From: Octopus bimaculoides
Taxonomy: Eukaryota
Assembly (NCBI RefSeq): GCF_001194135.2
Contig: NC_068983.1
Coordinates: forward strand, 13,248,792-13,292,207
DNA: 43,416 bases
Direction of reading: 5' to 3'
Shown piece by piece: positions 35,643 through 43,416 of the stretch (its first letter is position 1; each line of letters begins with the position of its first letter). The position numbers and the translations under genes are program-made. The notes beneath the pieces are model-generated. The model was not told the DNA's origin. It worked only from the letters and a program-made list of their open reading frames with translations, and searched no databases.

Positions 35643-36476
35643 TGTCTCTCCTCCTTTCCGATTTTTCTGATCACAACACTAACATTGAAATTCACTGTGA
35701 GTTGTATTTGGTCACAAATGTACAGAAATCCACTGCGAGAACAGTTTTATTCTCCTCGCTTCTTCAATATTTCACAAGCCTTCATACACCTTAAGTGAAG
35801 CAGAAAGCTAAACAAAGTTTAGTAGTTGAGTAATTAGAAATTCCAATTATAGATTTGCTGACAACTAGAATGCAAATAGGTTCCTGGGACAAAACGCTTC
35901 GAATCAGTGACACCAAATCGACGGGGTCAAAACAGCTGTGCCACAACGTCTCATATGCGCGCATGTACATCGTAGTTATTGATGACGATGAAAAAAATAT
36001 CCAAGTTATTTTGGAAGAAAAATACTTGTCATTTCTTTGACGTAAACATACACGATAAGGAAACATTTCTAAGCATCTAAGACCTAAGACAGCTCATCAT
36101 TGACTTAAGTTTTTATAAATAAGAATAATTCTTTGAATTATTTTGGTTCTTAAGATTTGTGTCAGTCCTGGTGATTCTTTTCTATTTGTTAAGATGTTCA
36201 AAGAGATGAATAAAATAAACAATTAAGAAATAAGTTTTTCTGTTATTTTTTTATTGTGTAGCTAAATTAATTAGGTAAAAATGAATGCACAAAAGAAGAA
36301 TAAAATGAAAATAAGGAAAAACAAAAAAAAAATTGATTGTAGATGAATGGATGTTTCTGTAATAAAAACCCAGGTAAGGACAACGCTGGAATAATTTTAA
36401 AAGCACGTGCTGTAGCATGGCCGAGTCAAATGGCTCAAACAAGTAAAAGAATATGTATTAGTAGCGTTATTATTGT

Positions 36477-36787
36477 GGAGGCGCAATGGCGCAGTGGTTA
36501 GGACAGCAGACTCGGGGGATCGCGGTTTCGATTTCCAGACCGGGCGTTGTGTGTGTTTATTGAGTGAAGACACCTAAAGCTTCACGAGGCTCCGGCAGGG
36601 GGTAGGTGGCGACCCCTGTTGTACTCTTTCACCCCAACTTTCTCCCACTCTTTCTTCCTGTTTCTTGAGTAATGCTGCGATGGACTGGCGTCCCCGTCCA
36701 GCTGGGGGGAACATATACGCCATAGAAACCGGCAAACCGGGCCCATGAGCCTGCCAAGGCTTTAAAAGGGCGCATAAATAAATAAAA
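36477..36787 (+). mobile_element. Full-length SINE with the family-D head and body but a different tail (D2)
   Basis: A-box TGGCGCAGTGG and B-box-like GTTTCGATTTCC. The body is shared with 30900-31030; the tail is GCGATGGACTGGCGTCCCCGTCCAG...(TAAA)n. Confidence 0.88.
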
Positions 36788-36794
36788 TCGTTAC

Positions 36795-37232
36795 TATTAT
36801 TATTTTGGTTTGGCTCAGGTTCGGTCTTATTACTGGTAAGATTTATGTGAGTAGTAGGTTAATACTTGTAAGCTTAGATATCCATAAGTCTTCAGCTGTC
36901 TTTCAAGTGCTTGGAACTCTTCTGATGATCTTTGCTGTCCCTAAGCGGCAAACTTTCTGTGTGACCTGTACCAGGCATTATTCTCCACTCTCCTTCAGCC
37001 ATTTCTCTATATCTTAGATTACAGTTCCCAACTTACCAATCATTGTAGGCACGACCTTTACTGTTCTTATACTCCAATTTTTTTCCCATTTCAAATTTTA
37101 GGGGTTTGTATTTTCTTTGTTCCTCCCTCCCTCTTTCTTTGCGATCCTGAAATGAAACGGTGTTGAAGGATCGATCAGTAAGCAACTTCGCTTTTTCTTA
37201 TCTATAGTTGTCATGTCCGGTTTATTATTGTC
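36795..37232 (-). mobile_element. 5'-truncated Dong/R4-type RLE non-LTR retrotransposon, decayed
   Basis: NKPDMTTIDKKKRSCLLIDPSTPF..RIAKKE...TVKVVPTMIGKLGTVI..QKVCRLGTAKIIRRV matches the R4/Dong RLE C-terminus. The 3' end is AATAATAATA and the 5' junction abuts a (TAA)n array. Confidence 0.85.
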
Positions 37233-37359
<127 letters not shown>

Positions 37360-39345
37360 CTAAGAAAAACGACAAGCCTCATTACACCACAGATATAACA
37401 TACATGTACAATTCTATATTCCGGAGGTAAATTTGTTGTCTGCATATCTTTGTTCTCCATATTCTGTATTCCATTACTACTACTACTACTACTACTACGA
37501 CTACTGTGATTTTTTTTACTTAAGATACTATTCATATTGGTTTCTTTATATAAGAAATATGATTTTTCTCATGCTATTTTTAGAATTTCTAATATTTTCG
37601 TTTGAGAAATGCAATTTTATCTTCTGCTGCGAGCATCTTTTCGTAGTTGATTAACGGTGACAATGTGTGTAAAATGATTTAAACATGACATTAAAATGCA
37701 TTGTGAATGTTTTTAGCTGATTTTTTTTTCACCCCGGAAGCTTGCAATTCATTATTGGTTATTCGACTAAACAATAGGCGAAATTCTTAAGCAGTACGAT
37801 AGAGTACACGTTATGCATGTCAGCGCTTATCTGCCCTTTCTTTTCTATTGCTTCGTGTGCCACAGAGTAATGTGAAGCCACATTGCTTTTTGTTGTCTGT
37901 TTGTCTTTTCAATATGTTAACTTTCATGTCTACTTCTGTACAACTTAATTACTTTCACGTCATTGGTTCTGATTCGTTAAAGATATATACGAATTTCCAG
38001 CGCAAGACATTGAAGGGAAGCTTCCTGCACATGTTCGTGAACATGTTCTGATATCACAGCATTTTAGTTTTTATATCTTTTCGGAAGTTCAACGGACTAG
38101 CAGAGGGCAACGGAAAACTATTGTATCTTTCCCAAGATGAAAAAGCATGCATCTCCAGAATTTAACATGAAGGTCCATAATCGCTGATGGGTGGAAGCAA
38201 GACATACAAAGATAGATTTAATAAGAGCGAAACATGTCCGGATTTGTCTTCTGTCAAGTCAAGTATTAGCCAGAGCAATTCTACCATCAGGGATCTGAAT
38301 TGTTTATATATTCCCCTCCCTAATTTCTGAGATTTCTTAATGCATTCATTTTAGCTCATCCCAGTCCTGGAGAGTTTTTCAATCGATGCACCGGAATCAC
38401 TGATTTTTTCTCTTCATCCTACTGTTCCTGTGAATCTTTCTCATTTACCCAACGCTAGTGTATTTGTTTGTATAACATGGAGCGGAGTTCTACCATGTAA
38501 TGAGAATTCTGCGAAATTATATCATATCGAAATCGAAAAATTTTATCTCAATGTTTTCCTAGTATCTTCCAAATTATTAAAATAAAATGGGTCATAGCGT
38601 GAATGTTAAATGTCCTCACCTTATAATAGCATTCCAATACGATATTGAAGTTTATAATAGACTCGAACATTGATATATAGTTCGATAGGTAGCAAGGAAC
38701 TTTTCAACTGCCATATTTCGTGTGGTTCCGGTTCAAGGCACGATTCGACCCTTTGTTCCATCCCTCCCGTATCAATTATAAGTTCAAACCATACTGATTT
38801 CGATTTCACATTTCAACATCCGAGTTCAATAAAATAATTACCAGTCAAGTATTGTTTTATATCATCAACGGAACGTGTTGTCCGAAACCTGCGGGTGATT
38901 TAGTGAATATGTTTCATGGTTGTGCCACGAATAATATTTCCAACTATCTGAAAGAATAGAAATGGCACGAAAATTAATACCAGAAGACGAGGAGACAAGA
39001 AAAACAAAACAAACACAAGCACGCAGTAGTGAACATCGATAGTCCCGAAGGGAAAAGAATCATTGATATATATACGAAAACAAAATCCTTGAAACCTATT
39101 TTATGAATGTATGAAACTGAGACGACTGTGAAGAACCAGGAAGCTGCCAATCTAGACGGTTTGCGTGCAAGATCTGTCACGCGTGACAAATAGAACCAAC
39201 TCGGTCAATTTCAACATGAATGGCTTGTTGCCAAAGATTACAAAGTTTGTAAATGTCTCTCCTTCTCCCTCTTCTCCCATCTCTCTCATCCTCCTCTCTT
39301 TCTCATTCTCTCTCCCTATATATACATACATACATATATATATTT

Positions 39346-39355
39346 NNNNNNNNNN
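39346..39355. other. Short assembly gap (10 N) inside a (TA)n/(TG)n block (about 39318-39590)
   Basis: Run of N. Confidence 1.
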
Positions 39356-39387
<32 letters not shown>

Positions 39388-39984
39388 GTGTATATATATG
39401 TATACATATATATATTTATCTATCTACTCACGTGTGGAAGATATACATACAAATGTGTACCTGTGTGAATCTATGGACGTATGTGAGTATATGCAAGCAT
39501 GTGTGTGTGTGTGTGCGTGTGTGCATGTGTGTATGGTTGTGTGCGTGTAAGTGCGCGTGTGTGTGTACGTGTGGGTGCGTGTATATGTAGGCTAAAAGCT
39601 TGCAGTGTTGCTTGGTCCCAAATCGATAGATATCGTATTCAGTCTATTCTTTCTTATCATAAAGAGGAAATTTGATTATAATTACAGCGAATCGAGTTGC
39701 TGCGTAGAGCATCCTGTCATAGCGCATACAAAAAACAAAAAAAACTGTTCACTTAATTTAGAGTACCACTGATGCTTATAGAAAACATGAAAGAGATGAA
39801 AAATCGCCGGCATTTTTAGACATACATATCAATGAATAACTAGGTTATCCGGATTCTAACCGTTTTTATGTTATAGAAAAGAGATAAATGACTGTACACT
39901 AAGTATTTGTAAATATATCTATAAGCAACGCACGTGTGCATTTGTAAAAATATCTATAAGCAATGCACGTGTGCAGCGTGATAA

Positions 39985-40200
39985 ATAAGTGTATGGTAAC
40001 ACTTGACGAATATGAAGTATCAAAACAGTCGAATATGAAGTATAACGACATACGCATAAGTACATTATTTACATTATTGACGGATATTTGTCCTCATCTT
40101 GTTTGTTGTTAACACAACGTTTCAGCTGATATACCCTCCAGCCTTCATTAGGTGTCTTGGGGGAAATTTCGAACCTGGATTCTCATTCCTAAGGTATTTC
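39985..40200 (-). mobile_element. SINE family C, headless copy, with HHR tail (40111-40156) and 3' extension
   Basis: 40080-40200 is near-identical to 6451-6570. The left boundary of the 3' extension is approximate. Confidence 0.8.
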
Positions 40201-40297
40201 TAAATAATGTACATAATACCTCATTTCTTAAACATATAACTATACGCAAAAGTGTTTATACATATATAACTTCATGTATATGTGTGTGTGCTTGGTA

Positions 40298-40500
40298 TTT
40301 ATTCATCTATTTCAAGCCAAGCCTCATCTTCTACAACATAATGCTTCCCTCCCTTTGGTGTCTTTTCGAGTCTGTTGTCAGCTTCTTCGAATGATCTGAA
40401 CCATTTTTATGCCACTCGTTCGTTGACGCTTGGTGGGCCTTCCAAAAGATTAATTATCTTTGGCCGTATCCCTTACACCCAGTCCCTGTTTTTCCCCAAA
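40298..40500 (-). pseudogene. Mariner transposase N-terminal fragment, third lineage
   Basis: VNERVA*KWFRSFEEADNRLEKTPKGGKHYVVEDEAWLE resembles mariner HTH2 (VNERTAQRWFxxFxxGDxSLEDxPRSGRPxxVxDEAL). Confidence 0.72.
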
Positions 40501-42579
40501 CCACCTTAGAATAAGTCCTAAATGGTATTTTTTGACGACTATAAAACCGGTAAAATAAAGAATAAACATTTAATGTTTATATGTTATATATGAAAATTAA
40601 AATATACAATTCAGCAACGGTTGGACAATTTGCATGACGTTAATAATATAACATGTAAACACAAGTTGCCAAATATCACCAGTGAAAATCCGAAAAAAAC
40701 CTTTGACTTAGACTTTAGACGGTGCTATGAAAAAGAATTAGTTGCTTATTATAAGTATACATAATCTCCCTCAATGAATCGCCTATTTCTTTTCTAAAAT
40801 AGTAGTTTGTTATTTTTGAGCGATTTTTAAAAGTATTTGTAGGCAATCGTGTAGTAATATAGTCTCTTTCCTTTGACTAGAGTGTGTTTTTCACCTAAGA
40901 GCTAGTTCCCCTCTTAGAAAGCCATGTTTTTTTTTATCTCTCTATTAACATTTATTTCTCGTCCGTTCAATTTTAGATTATACTAAGTTATCTCCTCTAA
41001 CCCTGAATCAGCAATGGTTGAGATCTCTGATTACAGGTATTTCAGTCATGAATCCTCCTCCCTTTATTTTAGATACTATGTAAGACTATAATATTCAATG
41101 TGTCCCAGCTGTTTTAAAAATGAAGGTATAATTGGTCACAATTTGACGACTACTTCTTGGAGGATAGACGACTACGTAAAAGTTCCTCAAAGGCGGTTGT
41201 TTAGTATTTGTTGTTTAGTCACCGGTTAATCTTGCTCAAACAGGTTTATAATGAAATACTTTTCACCTCTCAGTACACGTTCTTTTATTGACCATTAGGT
41301 ATTTATCACAGCAATATCCAACAAATCCTCTAACTTTTGTTGACGGTATGGGAATTTAGCAGTTATTGCTAGTATGTCGATTAAATACGTATGAAAGATT
41401 TTCCACGACTTCTGTGTTAAGTTCTTCTTTTGAAAATCAGTTTTCTGTCTGTTGATGTATTATCTATTTAATTCACCCAAACTGCAGTTTGTCTACGACT
41501 ATTATTTTGCATCTTAAGCCCGTATCTGTTTGTCAAATTGATTCTTTAACTCTTCAAACTATTTGCTCGTTTACTAATACATTTGTTTTTCTGATGTTCT
41601 ACAATTATTTTGTGCCTATTTAATAATATAAAGCAGAGGAATTTGTTCATGTCAACAATCTCAACTACAGTGAAGAGGAAGAGAATTTGGTGTTTCGGAG
41701 AAAGCAATAGTGAGACAGCAAAAGCTATTCCCACCAAATACATTCAAAATGCTCACGCAGTTGCTATCAATTTATTCTTCTATTATTCCGGATCTTATTC
41801 TGTTTAATAGATTCCCACTCGAGTCGAAGACAGACCCTTTACGGTGGTCATACAATCTATTAGAAATAGGCATATACTTCAAATCACATTCTAGTGTATG
41901 AGAAAGAAACTCACACCAGATAATGCAGCCTCAAAAAAGATGAAATGGTCATAGCTGAAATGCCTTTAGGCCTGTATCTGTTTGCTAGGGCCGACTTGGG
42001 ACTGAACAACAATAACAATTGAAACAACGACAAAATGTTTCTCACTCAGATATCTTTCATGTTTATGTACATATCTTTCTTCCACCTTGTCTACGTGTAT
42101 ATTCGTTTGTTTGACTACATTTTTAATCCCATGTTTGATTGCATGCAACGTCACCTCCTGATCCATCTTCGTCTTTAGATATTTGTTTGAATTTTTTATC
42201 TGTAAGACTGTTTTTTCTAATTCCACGTAATGTTGTTCATATTTAGTTTTTCCTTTATCATTTCTTTGCTGAACATTGTCATTTATTTATATTTTCTTCA
42301 TTGACATTCTAATCTTTTCTTCTGCATTTTATCTTCCATTTTCCCATTGTTTCATCATTTATTTTTTTCCTACTTATTGTTTACTTTTTCATTTCAACAG
42401 AGTATTTCATCCTTCCCGTGACAATTTACATTGTGCAAAAGTAAAAGAAAAAAAAAAGCGGGCTATATGGAGTGATGGAATAAAATTAGATTAGCTACAC
42501 ATAACTTTTATTTTTTTCTGTTCCTCGCTTTAATATTCTAAGGAATTGTATTACTCTTGTGAGTCATATTAAATATCAG

Positions 42580-43027
42580 CAACAACAACAAAAACGAAAA
42601 GAGGAAGAACTGCAACAACAACAACAACTACAATTATAACATTGAGAACAAGAATAATAACAAAATCAAAGTCAACGACAGGGACAAGAACAAGGAAAAC
42701 GAGGACTTTCAAGAGAAAAATAAACAGCAGTAACAACTACAACAGTACCGTATATGTGTGTTTGAACGCGTGTATGCACGTATACGTGGGGAGGAGCGGA
42801 AGCAACATCGACAACAACAACAACACAAATAATATTGGTGCTAACAGCAGTAACAACAAAGCGAGGGCTAAATGAAGCTATATTCCTGAAATAACAACAA
42901 CAGCAATTACAACAATATTTACCAATAAATATCTACAAAACTCACATCGCTATACAACATCAATAACAATAAATATTACTACTACTACTAAGGCGGCTGT
43001 TGCTGCTGCTGCTGCTCCTCCTCCACG

Positions 43028-43084
<57 letters not shown>

Positions 43085-43416
43085 CACTACCACTACCACT
43101 ACTACTACTACCGAAATGATGGTTCAAGAGCAAATTTTTTTTTCAAAAAATGCTAGTCATCAAAATCATGAACACCACCATCCACAACAACATGAAAAAC
43201 ACCTGAAGCATCAACACCAACTACAAAAAATAAATTAAAAAAACACAGCAGCAATTATTGCCTGTCAGCCATAATTATCAGCAAAATACTTTTTTTCATT
43301 ATTGTTATTGTTTTGTTGTTTTTTTTCAATGCTAGTTTTGAAAGTTGTAAGAGTTATAACGGAACAGATAATAACTACCAAAAAATGCAATAATAATAAT
43401 AATAATAACAATAATA
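42580..43416. repeat. Low-complexity trinucleotide region: (AAC)n, (TAC)n, (GCT)n, (AAT)n
   Basis: Directly visible, with a strong A/C skew. Confidence 0.85.

Noticed and set aside
39906-39975. 35-bp tandem duplication containing CACGTG twice (also a 14-bp duplication near 25030 and about 140-bp degenerate repeats at 4415-4615)
   Set aside because: These look like ordinary slippage duplications, with no evidence of regulatory function.

Overview
AT-rich, microsatellite-dense eukaryotic (animal) DNA with five assembly N-gaps. The SINE families look like those of octopus/coleoid cephalopods; this is from my recognition of the repeats, not a database search. No intact protein-coding gene is supported, and the window reads as intronic or intergenic DNA filled with transposon relics. 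These are about 25 tRNA-derived SINE copies of at least four modular families, a full-length but dead cecropia-type mariner, two further mariner fragments, and a Helitron helicase fragment split by a SINE. There are also an RTE LINE 3' fragment and two restriction-like-endonuclease (R4/Dong-type) non-LTR fragments, each sitting in a microsatellite. The most interesting signal is a set of minimal type-I hammerhead ribozyme (HHR) motifs. One lies in a 554-bp retrozyme-like insertion (29207-29760) with a 16-bp TSD, a 349-bp unit periodicity and an inverted end. A second forms the 3' tail of a tRNA-headed SINE, present as two damaged copies (6448-6676 and 39985-40200). Two weaker HHR-like motifs are also present.
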